Assembly (NCBI RefSeq): GCF_963921235.1
Contig: NC_086097.1
Location: 66,652,001 to 66,716,000 of the forward strand
Source of the DNA: Mobula hypostoma
Taxonomy: Eukaryota
Direction: 5' to 3'
Length of the DNA: 64,000 bases
Each line of letters starts with the position of its first letter. Positions within the stretch are counted from its first letter, which is position 1. Under the pieces are notes generated by a model, which was not told the DNA's origin, ran no database searches, and worked only from the letters and a program-made list of their open reading frames with translations. Below, in pieces: positions 50,409 through 61,524 of the stretch. The translations under genes and the position numbers were made by a program.

Positions 50409-53400
50409 TTTTTTATATTTCAAAATATACTTTATTCAAAAATAAAATTATATACAATAAACCATTCAATAATTTTTACGTTTCCATCATAGTCTGTACA
50501 TATCCATACTTATGGCCACCCACGTGGCACTCCAGGTGTTCACCTTACCACATCATTGTTGAGGGGTATACTCCCCACCACCCGACCCCTCCCACTCCCA
50601 CGGGTGGAGAAACCTATACTGTGGTCCTTCCCCACCGGGCCCTTGCGGTGGCTGCACCGAGTTTCAGTGCGTCCCTCAGCACGTACTCCTGCAGCCGACA
50701 ATGTGCCGGTTGGCAGCATTCTCCCACGGACATCTCCATGTGCTGGTAGATCATCAAGTTTCAGGCCGACCAAAGAGCGTCTTTCACCAAGTTGATGATC
50801 TGCCAGCAGCACCGGATGTTGGTCTCCATGTGTGTCCCCGGGAACAGCCCGTAGATCAGAGAGTCCTCTGTTACGCAGCTGCTGGGGATCAAACATGACA
50901 CTAGCCTGTCCATCCTCCTCCACACCTTCTCTGCGAACTCACAGTGTGCAAAGAGGTGGGTCACAGACTCCGCCTCACTGCAGTCCTCCGGTGGGCAGTG
51001 AGGTGTGGAGACGATGTTCCGGGCGTACAGGAGGGCTCTGACTGGGAGGACCCCTCTCACTGCCAGCGAGGCAAGGTCTTGGTGCCTGTTGGTGAGATCT
51101 GGCGATGAGGCATTTTGCCAGATGAACTGGATGGTTTGCTCAGGGAACCACCCCACTGTGTCCATCACGTCCTTCTCCTGCAGTGCCTGCAGGACATTAC
51201 GTGCCGACCACCGCCTGATGGCCCTGTGGTCAAAGGCGTTCTCCTGGAAGAACTTTTCTATGAAGGACAGGTATGGGGCAACGACCAGCTGACTGGGGCA
51301 TTGCGCGGGAGTGGGGCCAACCCATCTTCGTAGCCAGGGCAACAGGTAGAACCTGGGCACATAGTGGTACTTGGTGCCCACATACTTGGGTTCTATACAC
51401 AACCTGATGCAGCCACACACGAAGCTGGCCATCAGGGTGAGGGCAACATTGGGGACGTTCTTGCCCCCATTGTCCAGGGACTTGTGCATGACGGTCCATC
51501 TCACCCTCTCCATCTTGGATCCCCAGACGAATCTGAAGACAGCTCGGGTGATTTCCGAGCTGTAGGAGCGGGGGACGGATCACACCTGTGTCAAGTACAG
51601 CAGTCCTGAGAGCACCTCACACCTGATGACCAGATTCTTGCCCGTTATCGATAGGGAGCGCTCTCCCCACAGTCCCAGTTCCTGTTTCACCTTGGCAGTC
51701 TGCTCCTGCCAGTTCTTATTGCACGCCTCGGCCCCTCCGAACCAGATCCCCAACACCTTCACGTGATCAGACCTGATGGTGAAGGGGACACTGGATCGGT
51801 CGAGCCAGTTGCCGAAGAGCATGGCTTCGTTCTTCGTGCGGTTGACCCTGGCCCCCGACACTAGCTCGAACTGTTCGCAGATGTCAATCAACCTGCGAAC
51901 TGACCTCGGATCAGAGCAGAAGACAGTGACATCGTCCATATACAGGAAGGTTTTCACTTGGGTCCCTCCACTACCTGGCAACGTCACCCCTCTTATGCCC
52001 TCATCCCTCCTGATGGCTTCCGCAAAGGGTTCTATGCAGCAGACAAACAAGACGGGAGTGGGGAGAGCCCTGCCTGACTCCAGACCTGATGGGGAAGCTG
52101 TCTGTTTCCCACCCGTTGACCTGGACTGAACTACGGATGTCTGTGTAAAGCAGTCTGATCCAATTCCAGATACCCTCCCCAAATCCCATTTTGGAGAGCA
52201 CGTCCGCCATGTACGTGTGCGATATCCTGTCGAAGGCTTTCTCCTGGTCCAAGCTGACCAGGCAGACGTTCAACCCCCTGTCCTGCACGTAGGCAATGGT
52301 GTCCCTCAGCAGCGCGAGGCTGTCTGAGATCTTCCTGCCCAATACAGCACAGGTTTGGACCGGGTGGATCATTTGTCCCAGAGCAGACTTGACCCTGTTG
52401 GCAGTAGCCTTGGACAGGATCTTGTAATCCACATTCAGGAGAGAGATGGGCCTCCAATTTCTAATGTCCTCCCTTTCCCCCTTCTGCTTGTAGATGAGGG
52501 TGATGATGCCCTTCTTCACGGACTCTGACATGCTGCCGGCCAGAAGCTTAGCGTTGTACACTTCCAGCAGGTCTGGGCCCATACAGTTCCACAGAGCAGA
52601 ATACAACTCGACCGGTAAGCCGTTACTTCCGGGAGTCTTACTCGACTCAAAGGAACGGATGAAGCCTATCCGCTCGTCCAGGGTCAGTGGCTGATCCAAA
52701 CTCTCCCACTTGCCGTCGTCTAAGACCTGCATGATAGACAACAGGAAGTTGCGGGAGGCTGTGGATTCTGTGGCCTTTCCATCGTACAGACCGGCATAGA
52801 AGGACTTGCAGATCCTCAGTATGTCAGTCTGCGAGGACGCGACTGAACCATGCTCTTCCTTAAGGTTGAGGATCACAGAGCTCCCCCTGTGCACCTTTTG
52901 GAAGAAAAAGCGTGAGCACATCTCGTCCTGCTCCACAGTTTGGACCCTTGATCGGAAGATGATCTTGGAGGATTCGGCGGCGAGGTGCTGGGCTTGCCGG
53001 CCCTTCACCTCTCCCAAATCCTCCCTGACATCCACCCCCTTTGACTGCAGAAGGAGAAGTTGTTGCAACTCTGTCTGGAGTTTACGCAGTTCCCTCTGCT
53101 CCTGCCTTGCCTTCTGGATACCCTTGCGAATGAAGAACCTCTTAATGTTCTCCGTGGTGGCTTCCCACCAGTGAACAGGGGAATCAAAGAAGGCTTTCAA
53201 GGTTCTCCAACCTGTGTACTCCCTCTCTAGTTCCTCGATGTTCTCTGGGGTCAGCAGCTTTACGTTCAGCTTCCAAGTCCCCCTGCCTGCCTTCTGGTCC
53301 TCCCGTCAGAGACAGGTGGCTCTCAGAAGGCAGTGGTCAGAGAAGAACACCGGCGTGACATCAGTGGACCTGACCGTGAGGGACTCTGACGGGAAGAGGA

Positions 53401-54571
53401 AGTCAATCCGGGAGCGGGCTTTGTCGTCCGATCGTGTCCAGGTGGCTTGTGGCTGTGCTCCACCTGTGGAGGTGCCAGTGGCTGTCTTCACCATTTCCCT
53501 CAGGAGTCTGGAGGTACTGTCCAGCCTGCCATTAGCACTGCCGGGTCCTCCAGCCACATCAATGGTGCAGTTGAAGTCTCCGGCCAGAACGACCGGCTGG
53601 GACGTCACCAGCAGCTGTGGGAGCTGCTCGAAGACGGCCAGCCGCTCGCTCCGCACGGGGGAGGCAGACACGTTGATCAGCCGGAGCGGAGTGCCCCGGT
53701 ATTTGACGTCTGCTACCAGGAGGCGACCCGCAGCCACCTCTTTAACTTGGGTGATTGAGAAGTTGCCTCCCCGCAGCAGAATCCCCAGGCCAGAAGCGCG
53801 ACAATCATTGCCCCCCCGACCACACAGACAAACCTTTGGTCCACCACCGTGACCACCTCCGGTAGTTACAGAGGTGTGGTAGTCCACACTCCTGGAGGAA
53901 GGTCACGTTGGCCTTTACAGTGTCCAGGTACTGGAGCGTGCTGACGCATTGCCCAGTACTCTTCAAACTGCACACGTTCAAGCACGCCAATTTAAGGTCT
54001 GCCATCATTGTAAGTCCTTTATTTTGGCTGCTGTCCATCCTCACCCTTGCAGTCCTGAGCCTTCATGCCTTTGTGAGGTCTTTCACCTTCTGTGGGCTCA
54101 GGTACTGCAGGTAATACTCCCCCAGGTGTGGCAGTTCTGGTTCTGAGCCTGGGGGGGTTGTTTACTTCCAGGGCTGCTTCCCCTTCAGGCTGCTGGGTGC
54201 CGGCCGTGGCTCTGCTCCCGGATTCCCGGAGCTGGGTGTCTCTGCTGCTCTCTGCCTCCTGTACTAGCAGACCTTCTCCACTCTCTCTCCTCCTCTTCGC
54301 CTGTTCTGCCAGCCACCTCCTCCGCCGGGGCTGCTGGCCTCCCCCAACTCCTTCCTCCTCTGAAGAGGACAGGGTACCAGAGGCTGTGTGGTTCCCTGCC
54401 CTTTTCTTTTGTTCCTCCGCCTTCTGTCGTTTGGCCGCCGCCTTTTGGACCTTTTCGCGTTTGGCCACGACACTCTATCCGCTTTCCACCTCGGCTCTCC
54501 CCTCCTCCATGTACTCCTCCTCGTCTTTTGGTGGGTCCTGAAGGGTCTGCAAGGGGGTGCCGGGCCTTGGG
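50409..54571 (-). mobile_element. L1/Tx1-clade LINE, truncated within ORF1
   Basis: Poly(A) at 50409 and 9-bp TSD gcacatcat (50400-08, 54572-80). ORF1 C-terminus stops at 54019, followed by ORF2. Confidence 0.92.
50614..54005 (-). pseudogene. L1/Tx1 ORF2 (APE endonuclease, RT, C-terminal Cys/His finger), several frameshifts and stops
   Basis: MADLKLACLNV..FLQE; LAGDFN; SDH; NWRPISLLNVDYKIL; LDQEKAFDR; GVRQG; YMDD; CPPEDC...HLFAHC. Confidence 0.9.
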
Positions 54572-54589
54572 GCACATCATGCCCTAAAG

Positions 54590-54648
54590 CAAGAGTTCCC
54601 AACCTTTTTTATGCAAGGTGTCTGTGGGCCCCAGGTTGGGAACCCCTG
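54590..54648. mobile_element. 59-bp hAT MITE
   Basis: TIRs caagagttcccaacct / aggttgggaacccctg; perfect 8-bp TSD ccctaaag (54582-89, 54649-56). Confidence 0.85.
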
Positions 54649-54929
54649 CCCTAAAGAGTTTAGCAGCAAACATTTAAGTTATAGCGACTGCCAGGAGAAA
54701 ATAATCCGCTACTGAATAGCAAGTAGATCCATTAAATATAGCTGGTTGTAGTTCTTACAGCTGTTTAACACTACACTTCTCAACAATTGGCACCACGTCC
54801 TATTATTCTGTGCACGTCTGGCAGGTATTGGCTGTGAACATGTAATTATCCTGACCAATATGGCAGCCAGCGACACTGATGTGTATTCAATGGCCACTTT
54901 ATTAGGTACAGGAGTGGACCCTGGTATGG

Positions 54930-55566
54930 TCAGAATCAGGATCAGGTTGAATATCACTGGCACGTGCTGTGAAATTTGCTATTTTGCAGCAGCGGTACAT
55001 TGCAATACATAATAATAAAAACTATAACTTACAATAAGAAATATGTGAAACGGTAGAGCAAAGAAGGATCAAAAAGTAAAAATAAAGTGAGGTAGTGTAC
55101 ATGGGTTCAATGGCCATTCAGAATTCTGATGGTGGAGGGGAAGAAGCTGTTACTGAAACATTAAGAGTGTGTTATCAGGCTTCTGTACCAGCTGCTTGAT
55201 GTTAGCAATTAGAAGAGGGCTTGTCCAGGATGTTGGCCGTCCATAATGATGGATACTTCCTTCTTGAGGCATCGCCTCTTGAGGTTGCCCTTGACACTGG
55301 GCAGGATGATGCTTGTGATAGAGCTGGCTGAGCTTGTAGCTTTTTCCACTCCTCTACAGTGGCCCCACTATACCAGACAGTGATGCAACTAGTTGAAATG
55401 CTCTCCACGGTGTATCTGTAGAAATTTGCAAAAGTCCCTGGTGATATACCAGGTCTCCTCAAACTCCTAATGAAATATCGCCGCTCTCATGCCTTCTTTG
55501 TAATTGCATCAATATGTTGGGCCCAGGATAGATCCTTCAAGATGTTGACACCCAGCAACTTGAAAC
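54930..55566 (-). mobile_element. Rex1/Babar 3' fragment
   Basis: ORF 55202 FANFYRYTVESISTSCITVWY; tail cagaatcaggatcagg. Confidence 0.75.
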
Positions 55567-55619
55567 TTGAGTTTCTAATGAAAAACAAAGAACTGCAAAG
55601 TAATTGAACAAAACTTTGG

Positions 55620-57480
55620 TTTTGTCTTTTCAGTGGGGAACTGAAGAAAATTCAATTTAGAAGAGAAATTGATTCGATTTAGGCTGACTAATCCTTAGCT
55701 TGTATCCTATGGTAGTAGAGGAAATGGCCCTGGGAGTAATGCATGGACATTCTTGTGAATCTCTGGCCGCTGGATCAGTTTCTATGGTTTGCACAATAGC
55801 TAATGTTACCCACTGTTTAAATAAAGGAGCAAGTAAACAAGGAGTTATACAATAATTAGGTTGACACTGGTAATTGGGAAAATGCTGGATTTAATGGTGT
55901 TATATTTTATTCATGGTGTTCAAGTGGAAAATGTGGAAAACAATGACAGAATTAGTCAAAGTCGACGTGGATTTAATAAAAGGAAATTATGCTTGACAAA
56001 CATACTGGAATCTTTTGAGGATGTAAGTTAGTGTATGAAGGAGGATATGGTGCATTTGGACTTTTTAAAAGCTCTGATAAGGTCTTGTATAAAAGAGATT
56101 AGAGTGAAAACCACATGGCGTTGATGATAATGTTCTATAAGGATAGAGGGTGGTTGGCAGATCGCAAGCAGAGAGGACAAGCCCTTTTGAGAGGCAAGTA
56201 ATGGCTTGTGGGGTTTCACAGGGTTTAGTGCTGGGACTCTAGTTAGTCACAAAGTGTGATGATGATATGGATTTAATATCGCCGGGTTTGTGGACAGCCC
56301 AATGCTGGGTAGAGTCTGAAGGGTGAGGAGAAAGCAAAATGGCGTCGCTGTGATTTAGACAGGTGGAGTTAGTAACGAAAAGGAGGTGATGTGAAATTAT
56401 CCACAATGGAGAAAACAGGAAGGCAGATTATTATATGAAAGACAAGAACTAGGAAAGAGAGAGATTCAGCAAAGCGTGAGATGAGCACTAGTCGATAAAG
56501 ATAGCATATTGTTGCAAAAAGGCAAATAGTATGTTGGCTTTTACAGTGCGAGGAATTAAGTATAAAAGCTGGAATGCCTCATACAGGGCCTGGGTGAGAT
56601 TACTCTTTGACTATAATATTCAATCTGATGAAGGATATTCTTGTTATAGTTTATCAAACTGATTCCTGAGATGACTAGATTAATGTATGAAAACAGGTTG
56701 GGAATTGGGCTTGTATCTATGAAAGTTTAAAAGAATGAGGGGGAACCTTTCCCTGATGAATTGGACAGATTATGTACAGGAAAGAATTTCTGAAGATGGT
56801 AAGTCCAGAACTAGTGATCACAGACTAAGGAGATTTGGTAGGCCACTTCTAGTTCAGCTGAGGAAGCATGTCTTCATCTAGAGTGGTGAACCTGTCAATT
56901 TCTCCCATCAAAATAACAGATGGGGTTTTAAATAATTAAATGTATTTAAGAATAAATTATGTTTCTGATTGCTAAAGATGTCAAGGGGTAAGGGAAAAGA
57001 ATATGAACAGAATATGAAATTGGACAATTATAATCATATTGAATGGTGGAGCAGGCTCAATGGGTAAAAGGGCTTCTTTCTGCTCCTAGTTGCTAAGTTT
57101 CCTTGTCAAATGCAGAGCTTTGCTCCATAGAAGAAGGATCCATTCTGTTTTCAGGATGGTGAGTTTGCTGCATGAGAGATTTAAGTGCCAGATCTGTATT
57201 TTATAGACATTAGAAGGATGAGAAATGATCTCAAAGGAACTTACAAAATTCCTACTACGTTCAACAGAGCAGATATGGTGAGGTATTTCTCCTGACTGAG
57301 AAGCCTAGAACTAGGGGCCACTTCCTCAGTATAAAAACTAAGAGGAGAAATTTCTTCATGAGATGAGGAGAAATGTTCCCACACAGAGATTGATGAACAA
57401 GGAGATAGCGCAGAAAACTGGTGCTGATCTAGTAGATCAACAATGAACATAAAGTAGGCCAGAATGGTCTGCTGATTTTC
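55620..57480 (+). mobile_element. Highly degraded CR1 remnants
   Basis: Recognisable decayed motifs (taatgttacccactgtttaaataaagg, aggaaattatgcttgacaaac, ttggactttttaaaagctctgataagg) matching 62520-62820. Confidence 0.65.
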
Positions 57481-58280
57481 CCTTAATCTTGTTCTTGCAT
57501 TGGCTGTAATCTTAAAACTGAAGCAATCTAAGTTTTGTAAAGTTATTTATTGCTTCTTTGATTTTAGTATGTTTCTGCATCATTGCATTAACAATTATTT
57601 TTCTACCGTTTGTAGATATTTTGTAGAGTGGAAAAAATATCTTTTTCCACAGATATCTGCAATTAATGGCAAACGTCCTCACTTCTGACCATGAAAGAAG
57701 GAGGATTATTGAAGAGAAACTGAAAATAGTTGAGGTTAAGAAATCGCCGAGAGGAACTTTCACATCAAAGTCCTTGAGTAGAGATGATGGCTTCCATTGA
57801 CAGTAGTCATCATCCAATGTGCCACACAAGCAGTGCAGAGTTTTTCTTGTTCAGTGTTCACTTCAGTTCTGTTCAAGTAGAGTCATTATCACCTCAAGAA
57901 TTCAGCTCTTCTGTTCGGGTATGGCCCAAGCTCTATGGAGTGGAGTGAGGTGAACCTATGGGGATTGAGCTGAACATTACTGCTTATTTGTCAGTAGATG
58001 TTCCTTGATGTCGGTGACTGTATTTTTGTCTTAATGAATCTTACTCTCTTCTCCGACCTTAAATATAAATACACTTCCAGCAAACACTGAACAAGTGGTG
58101 ATTATGAAAAGCATGAATATTCCCAAATATTATATTACAAATGTTAGGATTGTCATTGCATTTATATGACACCTATTTATGTCTGTGATGTAGTTGTTCT
58201 AATTAGATTACTTTGGTGAAGGCAGAAGGAAGGTACCTAAAATATCTTCTGTCTGGTAGGATGTAGGTTTTTGAAGCTAA

Positions 58281-58517
58281 GCACAAGAGATTCTGCAGAT
58301 GCTGGAAATCCAGAGCAACACACACAAAATGCTGCCGGGTCTCAGCAGGTCAGACAGCATGAATAATGAGTTGATGTTTCTGGCTGAAATACTTCATAAG
58401 GGCTGGAACCCCTTCCAGAGCTGATAAAGGTTCTCAATACAAAACGTCAACTGTTTATTCATTTCCATAGATGCTGCCTGACCTGCTGAGTTCCTCCAGC
58501 ATTTTGTGTGTGTTGCT
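58281..58517. repeat. Inverted pair of Penelope pseudo-LTR fragments (about 200-bp palindrome)
   Basis: agcaacacacacaaaatgctg (58314) / cagcattttgtgtgtgttgct (to 58517); each arm has a decayed hammerhead core. Confidence 0.8.
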
Positions 58518-59454
58518 TTAAAATAAAATTACTTCTTTGCAACATTACTTTAATCAAACAGAAAGTGCCAGAAATATTCAGCAGATCAAGCAGCAAATAT
58601 GACGAGAGAAATACATTCTGTGCAGAATACCATTTACAATCAATAGCAAGGAAGCATCTGATAGTTTTACAAATTTCCTTTTGTTTACAAGAGAACGTGA
58701 ACAAAGTATGAAACTGAACAACTATCATATTGAATGGTTTGAGTTATTCTAGGAAGCACTTATATTAGAATACAACATGGTGAGATTGCATTGTGTGCTG
58801 TTTTCAATAATATCTAGGACACAATCTTAAGATTATCGTAAAATATTTTGCAGGTGGTTATGTGTCACCACTGCTGCTTGCTTTGTATCTGACTCAGTGT
58901 AATGCAGCACCTCAAGATCCCTGCTGCCAGATTCAGTTGTTAAATTTTAATTATTTTTAACTATTAATCGGCTAAAATGGGATTTATTATTTTCTTCAGT
59001 TTTCTGAATGGATTTATTTACGTAGAGCTCTATAGACCCAGCAAGATTTGCCATCCATCTGTGCTCAGATAGCTGAACTTTAGAAGTAGAGTTAGGGCAT
59101 TAAACTTGGCTCAGTACCCACATTGTGCGGGGGGGGGGAGAAATTAATCATTTCTGTTCTCTGTGAGCAACAGCTTCTAAAGTGCAAATGTTGACAGAGA
59201 ATGTGACTGTAGTCAGCTGTACTGCTTTCCACAGTAACAAAAACTTGCCAATGTAGAGTCTGGGCTGAGACATGAAGGTTTCAATACAGAACTGTGGTTA
59301 TATCATTGTGCTGTTAAATCAAACCAATGATCTCGAAGAAAATATGAATTCCATCATTGAAGATTAATTAATATGAGTGATTTTTTTTAAAAGGTGGAGT
59401 AAGTCTATTAGCAGTAATGGACATTAAAATAGCTAGACTTTAATATTCCTGGAT

Positions 59455-59765
59455 GGAACAGTAGCGTGATGTTAGCACAACGCGTACAGTACCAACAAGC
59501 CGGGTTCAATGGCTGCTGCTGCCTGTAAAGATCTTGTACATTCTCGCTGTGAAGGCATGGGTTTCCTCCGGATGCTCTGCTTTTCTCCCACAGTCCAAAG
59601 ATGTACTGGTTGGTAGGTTAATTGGTCATTGTAAATTGTCCTGTGATTAGGCTAAGGTTAAATCGGGAGATGCTGGGCAGCATAGCTCGAAGGGCCGAAT
59701 GGGCCTATTCTGTGCTGTGTCTCAATAAATAAATAAATAATATAATATAATATAATATAAATAAT
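59455..59765 (+). mobile_element. V-SINE (HE1-like) with CR1-derived tail and (TAAA)/(TAATA) microsatellite
   Basis: B box-like gggttcaat; V-domain gggtttcctccggatgctc...ctcccacagtccaaaga; tail gggccgaatgggcctattctgtgctgt resembles the CR1 3' end at 63879-63905. Confidence 0.8.
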
Positions 59766-60012
59766 TCCACGTGTTCACTGAAGCATGTTAGGGAATTTCT
59801 ATCCAAAGTGGTCTGAATGTGCATCAGACCAACAGTAAAGTACTTCTTCAGTGCCCTTTGGAATAGCTGAATGAGTTGCTCAGTCCTGGTGTACAGTAAT
59901 TATGTACAGGTAAGACAGGTAAGAAACTACAACTTTGCAAGTGACCTCTGATATATACAGCCCAATTAACCAATCCACTGGGTGTGTGCATGTTTATATA
60001 TAAACTGGACAT

Positions 60013-60832
60013 ACACTGGATTAACTGGGCCATCAGTGAATTGGGCCAGCCATTTGGGACAATATTAGAAAAACAAAAACAAATCAAGAAATTAGGCAGG
60101 ATTCCTTTTGTCTATTTGGGACATCATGCCGTCTAATTGGGACAGAAGATTATTGCCGAACAGTTTCTAACTAGCATCAGTCATGTGCACTTACGTGGCC
60201 GTTAGATAAAACACCATGCTAAGAGCAAAAAGATTTTAAACAGTGTCAGTTGCGTGTGTTTGTATTCAAAAAGCAGTGGTTTTTGTCACTAATAGTTGGT
60301 GAAAAGTAAGCAATGAGACAATTCTGAACTGTTTTGCTCAATGTAGCTTTAAGCATTCAGGCTTGGAGATGCCAGAAATTACCACTAGATATTTTGGAGT
60401 TTTTAAATAGTATCAGTTGCATGTGCTTGTGTTATGTCATGCATTTGGGCAGAAAAACAGCAATTCAAAAAGCAGAGATTTTAAATAATTTTGTTTTTAT
60501 TGTGACTTTATGCAGAAAGGCAATGAAGGTAATCCATTAGGTGCGCAAGATGTCTGTGATAATTTTGTTTATTTACAGGCAATCAAAAGAAATGGTAGCA
60601 ATGATTCTCTCAATAACTAACAGAAACTAATAGTTTTATAGTACTGTAGTAGTATTCATAGTGTTCGAATTTGTTCTGTATTTCATTTAAATACATAATT
60701 TGTTACTCAGTTAAACAGTTGTTTGTCTTTTTCATGCCTTTTAACTATTTCCATGAAACTTTGGATAATTGGAGCAGCTGCTTAATTGGACCAAAATGTA
60801 TTGGTCCCAATGTGTCCCAGTTAATCAGAATC
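60013..60832. mobile_element. Tigger-like non-autonomous DNA transposon
   Basis: Ends ttaactgggccatc / tgtcccagttaatcagaatc; homologous to 9963-10625 and 23292-23502. Confidence 0.65.
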
Positions 60833-61322
60833 AAAAGGCAAATGAGCAATTCAGTATTCGAGATCATAACATTTTAAAAGTAAGTCATATTATAGAACTC
60901 ACATATTAAAATCACTATCCCAAAATTGCTAGCTGTGAATTTGAAACAATTAATGTCAGTAACCAACGAAGAGAGATAAAATAAACATTCCGAGCCAAAT
61001 GTTAAGCTCTTGTAAAGAAGATAGTGAAACTGGACATCTTAAAACTCTTAACAAATTTCCTGTCATTTTCAAAATATAAATGGTTTTAAAAATAGTCTGT
61101 GAATTATTTTTGCATTATTCAGAACAATTTAGTTTGTGTATAAATATAGCTATTAAACATTATAAAGATTGTGGCATTATAAACTGGAAAGTCAAGAACA
61201 GGAAGGGAGCAGTTACTCTATTGGGAGTATTCTATAGGTCCCCTGGTAGCAGCAGAAATACCGAGGAGCAGATTGGGAGGCAGATTTTGGAAGAGTGAAA
61301 AAATAATAGGGTTGTTATCATG

Positions 61323-61524
61323 CGTAAACACAAAATAATCTGCAGATGCTGGGGTCAAAGCAACACTCACAACATGCTGGAGGAACTCAGCAGGTCGAGC
61401 AGCATCCGTGGAAACGATTAGTCGACATTTCGGGCCGGAACCCTTCATCAGGACTGTAGAGGGAAGGGGCAGAGGCCCTATAAAGAAGGTGGGGGGAGGG
61501 TGGGAAGGAGAAGGCTGGTAGGTT
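61323..61524 (-). mobile_element. 202-bp Penelope pseudo-LTR unit inserted in the CR1
   Basis: TSD tcatg (61318-22, 61525-29) splits CR1 VVIM|GDFN; sequence matches the pseudo-LTR at 28500-28645. Confidence 0.85.
61420..61456 (-). ncRNA. Minimal type I hammerhead ribozyme motif
   Basis: cagtc-CTGATGA-a-ggg-ttccgg-ccc-GAAA-t-GTC-gact: helix I agtc/gact, helix II ggg/ccc, GUC cleavage triplet; GAAAC is changed to GAAAT. Confidence 0.75.

Noticed and set aside
50312..54654. Numerous plus-strand ORFs (e.g. 53214-53852, 54092-54541)
   Set aside because: Antisense shadows of the GC-rich L1/Tx1 coding strand.
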